From Trichosphaerium sp. ATCC 40318 (taxonomy: Eukaryota > Protista > Tubulinea), in contig JALMLS010000486.1 of the NCBI GenBank assembly GCA_038496445.1, positions 1-64,000 on the forward strand: a stretch of DNA of 64,000 nt, in the 5' to 3' direction. The position numbers were made by a program, and so were the translations under genes. Shown piece by piece: positions 37,955 to 50,418 of this stretch; within the stretch, counting starts at the first letter, position 1; every line of letters begins with the position of its first letter. Below the pieces are notes generated by a model, which saw nothing but the letters and a program-made list of their open reading frames with translations, did no database searches and was not told the DNA's origin.

Positions 37955-39175
37955 CAGTTACTGCACGACCCCAAGAAAAGAAATTATAACTTTTGTATGC
38001 AAGCTAGTCGTACTTATTCAATACTTTGAAACACGTGTCTTGTTATTAACTCAGAATATCTGACAAATGAACAGTGAGATGAGAACAATATAGCAACTAC
38101 TTTCCTTTCACCTCTAACTGGATACTGTTCACATGTACAAATGACAGGCTGTTCAATGTAACAAATGTCATTGAAAAGTATGACAGTTTTCCAACAGTGG
38201 AATTGCCACAGAGCAAACACAAATAAACATACGGAAGCCAAACCATGCGGTGTATGTATACGTCGCAAACTTAGTGGCCGAAACAACAATCATTTATAAT
38301 GTGCTATTGAACTGATGAGTTAGAGTTATAATCACATCTGTACCATACGCATGACATGCTTTGTGATAGTTTTGCGAAGTCACCACTGAAATCGCACTTC
38401 TTGTGACGAATAATCTGTAATGCTTTATGGAACGTACAATCAGGGCTTTATTGCATCTTTTCTTGTGGTTGAAGATTTGTAAGCACGTAGAACTTAAGGG
38501 TGGGTTTACAATGCACAAAATTAACCAATTTTGAAAAATTTTCACGATGATTTTTACGTTGAAGCGGAGGACAGCATAGCGAAATTATGAGGATGTGTTG
38601 ATACAGAGAAGCAAAATAATAACTACTTCTTTCAAAAAGTTGTCCCATTAAATTTCAGCACCCCAACCATATTCTGGGTAGCTGTAAAAACACTTACATG
38701 TAGGCTAAATACTCAGTAAAGGTTTACAACATTTGGAACTTATAAAAGTTATAGTGACTTTGTGTAATAATATTGCCAATAGAAAAAAACCTGGAAAAAA
38801 ATTAGCAACTGATAACCAACACTTCTAGGAATTCGCTTTGCGATTATCAATCACCGATAAGATGTTTTTGTACCGCTAACAAGTACTATGAATTGTGCCT
38901 TACAATCTCAACCAGTGGTAGAAAAAGACCGTGATTTAGGCTACTGAACATCACAAAACAGAAACTTCATACGAATTTCTTTCTTTACCATGCACCAACC
39001 ACACCAGGTGGAAACTTGGAAGTTTTGGCTAGTTGAATGCGAAACAATATAACCTATAGTTTCACTCCGCTATATAACATATTGTAACCATAACACTGCT
39101 CTTTATAAGTTTTATTATTACGTTGTTTGTACATTTACATTCTTATCAACCATCTCTGAAAGGAAAAACCTTCTC

Positions 39176-40821
39176 TCACACTATGAATAAACTTGTTATG
39201 ATCAAAATCATCGCTACTAACAGAATGAATACACAAACGCCTACAAAAATAGCAATAAAATACTTGGATCCCGAATCATCAAGGTCGCCATTCTATTAAG
39301 AAACTAGTAAGAAAAAAAAAACGGTTAAGTTTTTTGGTTCGTTTTACCTGTTCTGGGTCTAGACATAAATGTAATAATATTGCCTTGCTTCGCACTGCTA
39401 TGTTCACGCATTGATCACCTGACTTAGTTATCACTGTTACATTGTCTATATTAACACATAGTTCGTTTTCAATGGAAACCAATGTAATGTTTGATCCATT
39501 GTTAAATGTGCCATCAACAACAATAGTCCCTTGCAAATCTACACATCCTGTGACTATCAGCTGAAATATACATGTTAGCATGGATACGAATATCAAGGGA
39601 TATTGTTAGACGTAACTGTAGCCCCAGACTCAATAGTAAGGACACTTGTTGAATCAACAACCAGATTTCCGATAATTGTCAAAGTAGTATTAATTACTAT
39701 TGACTTGTTTCCCAATATTACAGTATTGTTGACAATCCATTCCTCCCCTTTACATACGGCGTTTTCGTAAGGCTTTTTGTCAATACAACCGCTACTACAA
39801 TTAAATGTGTATCTTACAGCAGCGAGTAACAATTTTTTTCCGTTTTCATTCAAAAACTGTCCAGAGTTATCGCCAATGAAGAACCCAATTCTACAATTAA
39901 CTGCTGGGCCTGAATTCATTTGGTCACCCTACAAACAAGTTAAATATTGTATTTATTTGAACAACACGTGATATATGTACCTTGTCAAATACAAAGTACG
40001 AAGGTTTGTACGGCGCAAATGTTGCTCTTGCAATAACTCGACCTCCTGGTGAAAGAACGCCATCCTCGCTTATAGAGTTTAATGATGCCATTTTAGTAAG
40101 AACTGTTGCATTTCCATTAAGTCCAGCTGCAAGAATACTATCCGAGTCGACTATAGTAATACTATCCGTTGACCTGTTCAATTCTATAGTTTTGTTACGA
40201 AACTAGTTTTACTGGCTCATAGGACTTACCTCCTTTTTTACCGGACGAATCAGGTTGCATACGATGGTATAGAGCACGTTCATAACACAAAATGGGTACG
40301 TCAAGTTGAAAAATGGATTCATCTAGGTGATGACTTGTAATACTTTCTGATATTACCTAAAGTATGAAAATCAGTGGATAGAAAAATATCTTTTTTCCTT
40401 TTTGGTGAGCCGTCACCACGTGAAGCGCAACAAATATGCATTCAAACTATGGCTTGGGAAGAAAAAAAGGGTAAAAAGGCGACTCACTATTGCTCCGTAT
40501 TCGTTTAGCGGTTCAACGCTCTTGTGCCGTAAATCCGCGCCCGTAGTACACTCCACATTAAATCCGTCGCCCTCTATAATTTCCAAAACAACCTTGTCAC
40601 TGAGACTTGTATCATTGCCGCAGTCTTGTACCTGGCGAAATACAGGTTAGTTAAAAGAACTTCGAAACTAAATTAGCGTTTAAAAACATAAATTTTGTTG
40701 TACTAAAAGGACTAACAATAAAGAGGATCGTGCTCTGTTTTGAAGGCACATCTTGATTCAATGCGCTCCCGCACATTAATAATAGCGCCAAAAAACCACA
40801 AAAGGACAGATACAAATTCAT
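39176..40821 (-). CDS. Type I membrane protein, tandem copy R3 (divergent exon 4, tail truncated)
   Basis: 5' end matches L1; exon 4 reads AGLNGNATVLTKMASLNSISEDGVLSP; a deletion after the TM gives SLFIV-TGA at 39176-39178. Confidence 0.75.
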
Positions 40822-41279
40822 CAGTTACTGCACAACCCCAAGAAAAGAAATTACTATAGTTAGAACTTTTGTATGCAAGTTAGTCGTGCTTATTCAATAC
40901 TTTGAAGCACGTGTCTTGTTATTAACTCAGAATATCTGACAAATGAATAGTGAGATGAGATAAGAACAATCTACTAGTACAAATGACAGGCCGTTGAATA
41001 GTAGTGAACAAACGTCGTTGAAGAGTGTGGCAGTTTTCCAATAGTACCAGAGCAAACACAAATGACCAAACGGAAGCCAAACCATCACCAATTCACGTAT
41101 TCAAGTTTACTACCAAGAAATGTAACTCCGCATGAAGTACATCATAACAAGACACTAGCTGTTGCGAACAATAAAGATGTTGTGATCAATTAGTTTACCA
41201 AATTCACGTGATAGTTGCAATCATACATTCAATATCAACAACCACTCACAGCACAGTATTCGAACAAATATTCTACGAA

Positions 41280-41465
41280 ATGTCAAGCCAACCAAAAGGT
41301 GAAAGTGGACAGGGGAAAGGAAAAGGCAAAGGCAAAAACAAAGGGAAGAGAAAGGACACAAAGCCGCCATCAGGCAAGGATGAAGGAAGCAGAAAACAAA
41401 ATCAAAATGAACACAAACCAGAAGCTGCTAATGACAACAGACAACCTGCTCACCTCGCTGCATAA
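41280..41465 (+). CDS. Small Lys/Gly-rich hypothetical protein (copy of 7817-8002)
   Basis: Identical translation. Confidence 0.35.
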   Translation: MSSQPKGESGQGKGKGKGKNKGKRKDTKPPSGKDEGSRKQNQNEHKPEAANDNRQPAHLAA

Positions 41466-43476
41466 ACTGTTACAGCAACAACAACAAAAGAAGAAAATGT
41501 AACAGTTAACCGGCAAAATAAAGTCACGTTGTTTTTAGGCTATTTGTTAATACCCCGTTTCAAAAAACGTGATCTTCTCATTTATAGACCTTTTTTTTTT
41601 TTGTGTTAGCTGGCAAAAACGCATTACATGTGGGTTAAAATAATTAAAGAACGCGTACTATAGCGTCAGACGCCGTTTGATCCTTTTTTTGGTGGCGTTT
41701 AGGTCAAAAACAGCTGTGCACGTCATTTTGGTTCGGTATGTATACTTCGCATTAACATAGTGGCCGAAACAACGATCATTTATAGTGTGTTATTGAACTG
41801 ATGAGTTAGAGTTATAGTCACATCTACACTAGACGCATGACATGCTTTGTAATAGTTTTGCGAAGTCACCACTGGAAATCAGGGCGTTATTGCATCTTTT
41901 CTTGTGGTTGAAGATTTGTAAGCACGTAGAACTTAACTTCAACTATTATTTAAGTATCCCTTCATACCTCGTCGTAAGGTTGACAAACGTGTAGCATGAA
42001 CATGAGGAGCATTACTCTGGGTAGTGCTGGGTGGTATTTTACTTGCGTCCTTTGATACCTTCTGCGTGTAGGCCTTCGTGCGTTGGGTGGCATACGGATA
42101 CTGTGAACGCCCGCTTTATAAACTAATTTTGTATCAGGCGGGAGGATCTCAAAGCCAACAGCGGTACGTGCCTTGCTAACTTGGTGTGCAATATTGGAAG
42201 GGTGTGAAAATAATATTCAAATATTGTTTTTGCTCTCACTAAAAACAGCGGTCTTTACGTTCGTAGCCATAGAGTCGATCCAATAGTCGCCATTGATGAC
42301 TTTACAAAGCATGGCTAATTGCAACGAAATACGTCTCCAGTCGAATAACAAACCTCAAGAAAACAATAGATTTCGTTTGAAACCCATGTTTAAAAGCGTC
42401 AACGGTATCAAACGCCGGGTCACAACAGATTAGTCCGCAATTCTACTTCATGTCTTGTAGGTTTTACTGTAGATGATAAATAAAGGTGTGCGGGAGGGTC
42501 ACCGCGCTCAATGACAACACATATTTGTGTCGTTTGTCAAGATATTTGTCGAATTCGATAGAAATTTCTGTGAAATTTGTATCCACCGCAGTACCTAGAT
42601 CAATTGCACCAATGCGTTTACCCATGACAATACTCTATGTTGTGTATGCTATCGTCCTGGAATGTTAAAAACCACTATTTATTTTTTGGATAGTTTGATG
42701 GTGACAAAAGGTGAACAGTTTTTATTTGTACTGGATCGCATCTTAGAGGTGCTGATCTGTCCTTCAATGGACACCCAGCCACGGACCGAAAGTAGCCATT
42801 AATATTCTAGAACCTAATGTGCACTATCCGAGTAGGTCTTCAAAGGTGTGTAGTGTCTATTAAGGGCGATGGGACTTCAGTGGGATACATTAAAAGGTAC
42901 GTTTGGTCTAGTCCCTATAGATACAAGATGGACGGACGTCACAATAAAGGTACGTTCCCTAGGTGTAAGATGGATGATGGAAATCACAGTAAAAGTACGC
43001 CTGTATAAAATATCAAGTCTCTGCAGGACAAAAGGCCCGTGGTAGGCCGCGACTTTTTTAGGCAAAAACTGACCAGAAATACCTAATCCTGGACTAACAT
43101 GTAGTGCAAAAACAATGTCAATTTCATGACATTCCCATCTGCAAACTAAATGGCCAACCTTTGCTGTTTCGGAAAATACCCGAAAACTGGAACGGTCCTT
43201 GAAGTGAACCGTTGCTGCCAACAAAGTAAAGGCAACCATACAAGCCGCCAAGATAAGTCGCACATGTCCAGTGACGTCAGGTCGTTCAACAACTCAATTA
43301 CACTACCTGCACAACGCAATGAAAGTAAATTAAATAACCGACAAAGCGGCCGCGGCAACTTGCAAGCTTCGCAAATAACTGAACGAAATAAAAGACGAAG
43401 CACCGTTTATTGTAACTTAAAATTGTATACCGTAGTTGTACTAATGGAACTGTCAAGCAGTATTTATAAAGCATAC

Positions 43477-44731
43477 TTAAGATCTAGTAGCAGAAATGTA
43501 GGCGGATTTGAGTACATCGAATCCAGCAAGTACACCAGCACCTGCGACACCACGGAGGACGTTGGCGCCAGCTCCTTTGAAGAAAGATGGGACACCTTCG
43601 TTCTTCAAGATGGCTTGAGCACACTCCATGGTGCTGTTGTATTTGACCTTTTCTCCTGAAGACATCATCATTCTACGACGAACGGTATCGACAGGGTAGG
43701 ACATAAGACCTGCAGTGGTGGTGACAACCCAACCGATGGCGAAGCTAATGGCAAATTAGCCGATAAATACAAAAGAGAGGCAAAAATAAGGTATTTTCAA
43801 AACAAAACACAACTGAAAAACGAGACAATCACGTACTTGATGAAGAAGTTACCCTGCATGTTCTCAGGAAGAACGGCAGTGACGGAATCGTAAAGACCGA
43901 AGTAGAAACCACGGTAGATGAAGATACCAGCACATGAGATACCGAAACCTCTGTAGAGACCTTGGATACCATCAGCCTTGTAGATCTTTTTGTAGACATC
44001 GGCAAGGCCGTTGAATTGGCGTTCACCAGCGCCCTTCTTTGCGCTCTTTGCGTCAGAAGCGAGACTACAAGAAAAGTGAGTTTATTAAAGAAAATGGGAA
44101 CGTAAGTGTAAATTAAATCAAAAAAAGCGTTTTGGGAGGAATGTACGTACCGTGTACGAGCGAAATCAAGGGAGTACACGAAGAAGAGGGAAGCGGTACC
44201 AGCGAAACCACCAGAGAGGATGTTACCGAGCATAAAGAGTGGGTAACCGTATTTCTCTTTCTTCATACCGAACAACTTCTTAAAGCGAGGCTTGAAGGAG
44301 AAGTTAAGAGCTTGGGTTGGGAAGTAGCGAATGCAATTAGCTAAATTTCCACGCCAGAAAGGAACAATACCTAGCAAAGATTTAGTGAGGTTGCTAGCGA
44401 TTTGGCGTATCAAAAGGTTGAAAGAAAAGTTTTTTTAGTGACTTTTTACGATCCAGCGTTCGATCAAGTCTGGGTTCTCGGTTCGTTCGCAAATGAAGCT
44501 ACAATGATAGCTGGTGGCCTACGTACCTTCCTCTGAGGCTACACGAGTGAAACAATCTATCAAACCTTTGTATGGTTTCTGGAGACGGCCAGACTTGATC
44601 ATTTCGTCCTGGGTTTGTACCAACAATTTCACACGCTCGATTGGAGCAGCGCATGTCTTTGAGGTTACGGCAGCAATACCGGAGAGGAGGAAATCCTCAG
44701 CAAAGTTGAGTTGTACGTCTTTTTTCGACAT
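43477..44731 (-). CDS. ANT: Mitochondrial ADP/ATP carrier (second copy)
   Basis: Reverse complement of 4550-5804. Confidence 0.97.
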
Positions 44732-44985
44732 TGTGTTGTGGTTGTAGGTGCTTGACAAAAAAACAAAAAAAGGGTGACGTCGAAAAAGTCAACGATTATC
44801 AAACGAGCGCTTTACTTTGAGAGCCCTTGTGACAGCCGTTTGCCATTGAGATTTTACGCCGCGTTAATTTCGTGCCAAAAAAAGGTGACATATTTCTTTG
44901 TTGCATAACGTTAAAGAAAACTGTACAAAAGTTAAACAGATGGTTGCCAGGATTAATATACGGCTGTTTATTATTATCAATTTTT

Positions 44986-45777
44986 TTACTTTTTCCTTTG
45001 GAAACCAATGGTAGAACCACGACGGCCAGTTGTTTTTGTGCGTTGACCGCGGACTCGGAGGCGCCAGTGATGACGAAGACCTCTGTGTGCACGGATTTTT
45101 TTAAGGCGAATGAGATCCTCTCTAAAAGAAACAAAGTAAGCTCGTTGTCGCGTGTAGTGAGTATATACGTGGCGGTAAATTAGAAATTATTTAAATTTGG
45201 CAAGCGTTTTGTCGTTGCGTTACAATTACACTTCCAAAAAACAAAAGCTGCAGTGACAGCGTACCTCATTTTTACATCAAGACCATTGACAAGTACTTGA
45301 GAAAATTCACCAGTTCTGAAATCCTTTTGTCTGTTGAGGAACCAGTTTGGAATACCAAATTGTTTTGGGTGTTGGAAAACGTTTACAAGCCTTTCAATTT
45401 CCTCTTGGGACAATTCACCAGCGCGTTTGCGTAGATCGATCTCAGCTACATACGTTTTAGGCGTTTATAAGCATAAATACGAAGAAACAATCCGGAACAA
45501 CAGATTTCCTCAAGTTTTTCCTGAGTATCGCTTTGCAGCGCCCATAGTGTGTATAGCGAAGCACGTACCTTTTTTGCAAGCGAGAGTAGAGAAACGGTAG
45601 CCAATACCCTTGATAGCGGTCATGGCGTGATCGACTTTTCTTTTGCCGTCTACGTTTGTGTTCATAATACGTAGAATGTATGTAAAACCAGGATCATTTG
45701 GATAGGTAATAGACGCCTAGAATTGAGCGTTACTACGGATGACATCGTTTGTAGGTATGTATTGTAAAACGTACCAT
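44986..45777 (-). CDS. RPS18: 40S ribosomal protein S18 (second copy)
   Basis: Reverse complement of 3504-4295. Confidence 0.97.
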
Positions 45778-46062
45778 CGTGATACGGATATTGAGGTGGG
45801 TTGCGTCCTAAAACAAAAAATTCAATACTGAAATATCTTGAATATTTTTGCGCCAGATTTTTTTTTATGCCAAGAGCGCTCTTTACTACCCTTACAACAG
45901 GTTGGTATACAAGTATTAGCGTTATAAACGAACACCACTTGCCCTTGAAGCAGTTGCTGCTAAATTGTTCAAAAAACAGACGGTTATCTACGTAAACGTT
46001 GGTAACTGAGCTCTGGGAACCGAAAAGCACATTTTCTATCTGCTATAGCAAGAACTGATCAG

Positions 46063-46615
46063 ATGCAGCCTACCACTCAAAATTATGCGGCTGAGAACGT
46101 CACTGTAGCACAGGAAGCCGAAAAGACAAAAAAGCGAAAGTATGTTATTTAATTTAATCTTGTATGCGCTAAACCTGAAGGTTAAAGCTAGCCATAAATC
46201 AAGATGTCAAAAATGCGTTCAGCCCAGACTATAAGACGCCATTCACGTCAAATGAGGTATTATCTCTTGTTATTTGTATTATATTACTTACCATACGCCC
46301 CAAGGACAAATGGAAGCGGTTAGCAGCATTTCACATATTTATTGAAAAGGATGATGAAGAGCGTAAAAAATGTGCGTATCGCGTATAATAGAGGCGCCAT
46401 TAACACTCACATATTTCAAAATAGCGGAGAACACAGAATTAGAAACAAAGTCAAAAGATTTGATTAAAAAAACCACAGAGCTTCAAGATGAGATTACTAA
46501 ACGCCTCCTTGCTTTTGAAGGACGTGTTGCAGAGGAAGAAGACTTATTGATGCAGCGGTTACTCTACACCGAAGAGCGCCAACTACTCGACAAGAAAAAG
46601 GGCAAGTCAAATTAA
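46063..46615 (+). CDS. GLTSCR1/BICRA conserved-domain protein (second copy)
   Basis: Reverse complement of 2666-3218. Confidence 0.7.
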
Positions 46616-47001
46616 ACCATTTTTAGGAAAAATCTCATTTTATTCGTTTAGCTGACAGACGCAACCGTACTTTACAACAACAACAAATGTTGCGTCAGCA
46701 ACAACCTATACATCGCACAGCGATGGTAGGTCAAGCTTATAGGGGCAATGCTATTGGTGTCACACCTCAGGTAGCAGTAGATTTCGCAGAGTATTGTTCT
46801 TTCTTCTAACAACCAATTAGATGACTGGAAATATCAATTACCGCCAGTGAGTGTGAAAAGAAAATAACCTTACAAACACGCGAATGGTGAATAAGGTGGT
46901 GATGCAATGATGGCCTAATAAGCTTTTTTTGAGTAGAACACTGTTTGTAAATAAAATGTCAGCGCGTTAAGTCTTGTGGTACATAAAACAGTGAATTAAA
47001 G

Positions 47002-48665
47002 ATGGCTGCAATGAAGCTTGGCGCGTGTTACAATTGTACGCACTGTTTTTAAGCAAATTTAACGCTTTAATGCAGTATTTGATTGCGAAGAGCTCCTTGA
47101 GTCTTCTATTCGGTCTATACGCTCTCAAGTTCAACACATCGTTGTTGTGTACCAGACAACGTCAAATTTTGGTGACAAGGTGAATATTCAGACAAAACAG
47201 ACGATTTGGTTAACAAATATGTTATAGGCGAGCCCTAAACTAGTTTCTCTATTAAACTGGCTAAAAGATATTGGCTTGGTGGACGAACTACTGTTTTACG
47301 AGCCTAAAACATTTACAAACGCTCAAAAGGCAGCTGTGGTATCACCTCAAGTAACGTACGGTTTCTTGGCTGGGTTGCACTTTAAATGAATAGCCAACAA
47401 TGCCAATAACGTATTGAGACACCATTTCACTGCTTTTCAAGCTTACATTCAGCCGTGCTTATTTTTAATTGTAGAGAAACGGATATTGGTGGACCGCCAG
47501 GTACCATAGGTGATCAATTTATAAACGAGATATGGAAACGTGAGCTTGGTCGGCTAAGGCACGTGTTTGAAAAGTTGTTTTTTCTTTTTTTGACATTATC
47601 TTCGTATCGAAGATGGATTTTTGCTTTGTGCTTCAATACATAAAGTTTAGCGTTTTTTTAAAATATAAAGTACTCACTGTCTTTAAACAGGTGTATGGCT
47701 GCGGGATGTACACATTTTATGACGCTTGATGCTGATGAATATTATAAAGAAGAAGAACTATCTCGAGCAAAAGTTATTGTACTACAGAATGACTATGATG
47801 TCACAACTTGCAAGTATGTTGAATTTTTCTTTTTTATTGTAGGTCTTGCAAAAAACAAAAGTAAAAATCACGTGAGCTTTAGCTTTTGTTGCAAGCTGAA
47901 TGTTTTTTTTTCGTAGCCTTTTCTGAAACCATTCTAGGATGCGCATATTCGCAAAGTATCCAACGTGGGAGTATCACCCAAAGGACGAAACAAACTCGGT
48001 ATCGTTCATTTATAAAGTGAGCAAAAGTATGCCTTTTAGGCTTGCTCATCCTTGCCCTACGACGATAGATCCTACAAGGTAAAATCACATTAACTCGATT
48101 TCTTAACAGTTGGAAAAAAAAATACCACAAACCAACATCAGACCTTTTGTTTGAGACTGTTCCACAACTAAGAATGACCACTGATATTTTCTTTAGGCGG
48201 ATATGTAATTACAAAAAGTTTCACGCTTTTGACAGGTCTTCAGTTGAAATGTACCATATGACTTTTATAAGAAAGGATATGGTAAAGAAGCTATCAAATG
48301 TATCAAATCGTAGCAATTATGCTGCCAGAGACCCTAATTTCCTTTCAAAGTTTATAAAGAAATGGGAATCTTGGACTATTGATCAGGGTGCATTGCATCC
48401 ACATCCTTTCATTGGCACTTTTTTCAAAGAAATGAAAGTTGTTCCTAATTTTTTCAATATTGATTTATCAATGCAATGTGATGTGTGTTGCAAGTCACAA
48501 GACCTTTTCAGATGTGCTAGATGTAAGTCTGTAAGATATTGTTCTAGAGAATGCCAAGCCTTGCAATGGTACGTCAAAATATTCAGTCAAGTTCGTTTTA
48601 CTTTCTCTACCTTATTTTTTTTCAAAAGGCCGAAACATAAATTGACGTGTACTGCAAAACCTTGA
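47002..48665 (+). CDS. GT-A fold glycosyltransferase-like protein with intact MYND finger
   Basis: DADE DxD motif; C-terminal CDVC...CARCKSVRYCSRECQALQW/PKHKLTC. Confidence 0.82.
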
Positions 48666-49080
48666 GCGGAACGAAACCCACCACTAAAACGTGCCATGTA
48701 AATAAAAGATATTGAAATCAGAAATCGTAAGTCAGTATTTTTTTGAAATGGTGAAGGAACGTGCAGTGAAGTGTAGAGATATTCAAAAATGTAGTACAAT
48801 GTACTAATTATTCACCGAATATTTGACACGGAATTACACTTTTTTAAAAGGCAACTCGGAAATGAACTGCTATTTATCTAGGTGTATTTGTGCGAGCATG
48901 TTTACTAAGCCCATTTCTATCGTGTGCTTGCTATCAATGATTTTGAAAAGTATTGAATCTACGAGACTGTGGTACACAAAGTTGCGTAATATTTTCATTT
49001 TATAGCAATCGTAACATCATCAACACCTGCTCTTGTTATTCATTTATCCCCGACACGCGCGCAACAACATATTTCAAAAA

Positions 49081-50243
49081 ATGATTAAAAGACAAGCTGA
49101 AGGCTTTGAAACTAATAATGGAGTTGTACTACCCAACGAAATGATGAAATACTTGAGCACGTATTTCGATAATTGGCTTAATGGTATTAAGCTAATGTTA
49201 ATATCAGGCGACTTCATATTGGACAATAGATCGTTGCTTAGTCTGGCTTCAACAAATAAAGCATTTAACAGTTTTCTAACAAGTGATTATATTTGGAAAC
49301 GTACGACATAGCGGACTATCATCAAACACTAAAACAGAATTTTTTAGGAAAAACTCTTGACACGTTTTGCCACACAAATAAACTAGCTGAAGAGGATTCG
49401 TTTCACAAGACATACTCACGTTATCATAAGGTATCAAAGCAATGTATTAATAACATGAACTAAACTAACAAATTAGAGGAACGTTATACAACAACAAGTT
49501 ATTACAGTTCCTGCTATTACAATGCTCCTGAACGGAAAAAAGGATCTCGTCATTTGTGTACGTTTTCGCTACTACTTTCGGAGGTTATGAAGTAATATAA
49601 CTCGTTAGTCTACCGGTGATGAAGATGTAGAAATTGACATCAACGATTCTTTTGTGACAGATGTGAAAACAGAACGTTAGCAAGCTAATTTAAAATTTCT
49701 ATTGACAAAATCATCGTTTAGATGGATTCTTTACGGAGGGGTGGCTAACATCAAAATTTAATGATCTTATTGGGCAGTCTTATGATAAGTATAAAAAAGA
49801 CAGTGTCTTCGAAGCTATGGAACGCGTTGACCCTGTTTGCTACGGGATAGATATAAACTGTGAATGTTTGAATGAGAGGCAAATGCGGTGTGGTCGACGA
49901 ACAAATTGTTCAAGTTACACCCAAAAGTGCTATACATTGAGGATTAAAGTGACTTACAAGGAAGCCATCATGGCAATCTGGACGCAAAAAGTAGTGATTG
50001 GGTACACAGGTGCTTGCAAACGACTAGAAAAGCCTGTATTGAGCAGTGAGTTTGCTGCTGAGCATGCTTTGAATGATTGTGTTTTGTATATCGACAGGTG
50101 CGTTAACATCTGTACAAGAAGAGTCTAACTTTACTAAAAAATGATGTAGGGCTAAATCTCACTTTTTTGTAATGTGGAATAAGAGACATGAATGGAATCC
50201 TGTGTCCACAGATTTTGTACTGTTTCCAACAAAGTATGAGTAA
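49081..50243 (+). CDS. F-box protein
   Basis: LPNEMMKYLSDFILDNRSLLSLASTNKAF...DYIWK F-box pattern; downstream exons unassigned. Confidence 0.65.
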
Positions 50244-50418
50244 AGTTTTATAGATGTCCTCCGCACTGCAAGCATTAAAATGACTTATTGTTTTTTTGGT
50301 GAAACGAAATTTCGTTGTTTTTTGAATTTAAAACGCACAACGCTGCTTAAGATGGTTGTTGTATAGAATACCACAATATGTAGATCAGTTGGTACGCTAC
50401 GAAGCCGTATTTGAGGGC

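Larger units (their letters stand above)
31858..49294. repeat. Right arm of large inverted duplication (partner 1-14561), with one extra ~2.87-kb tandem unit
   Basis: The mirror-coordinate sum shifts from ~46418 (inner) to ~49281 (outer), matching an additional unit of the membrane-protein array. Confidence 0.97.
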
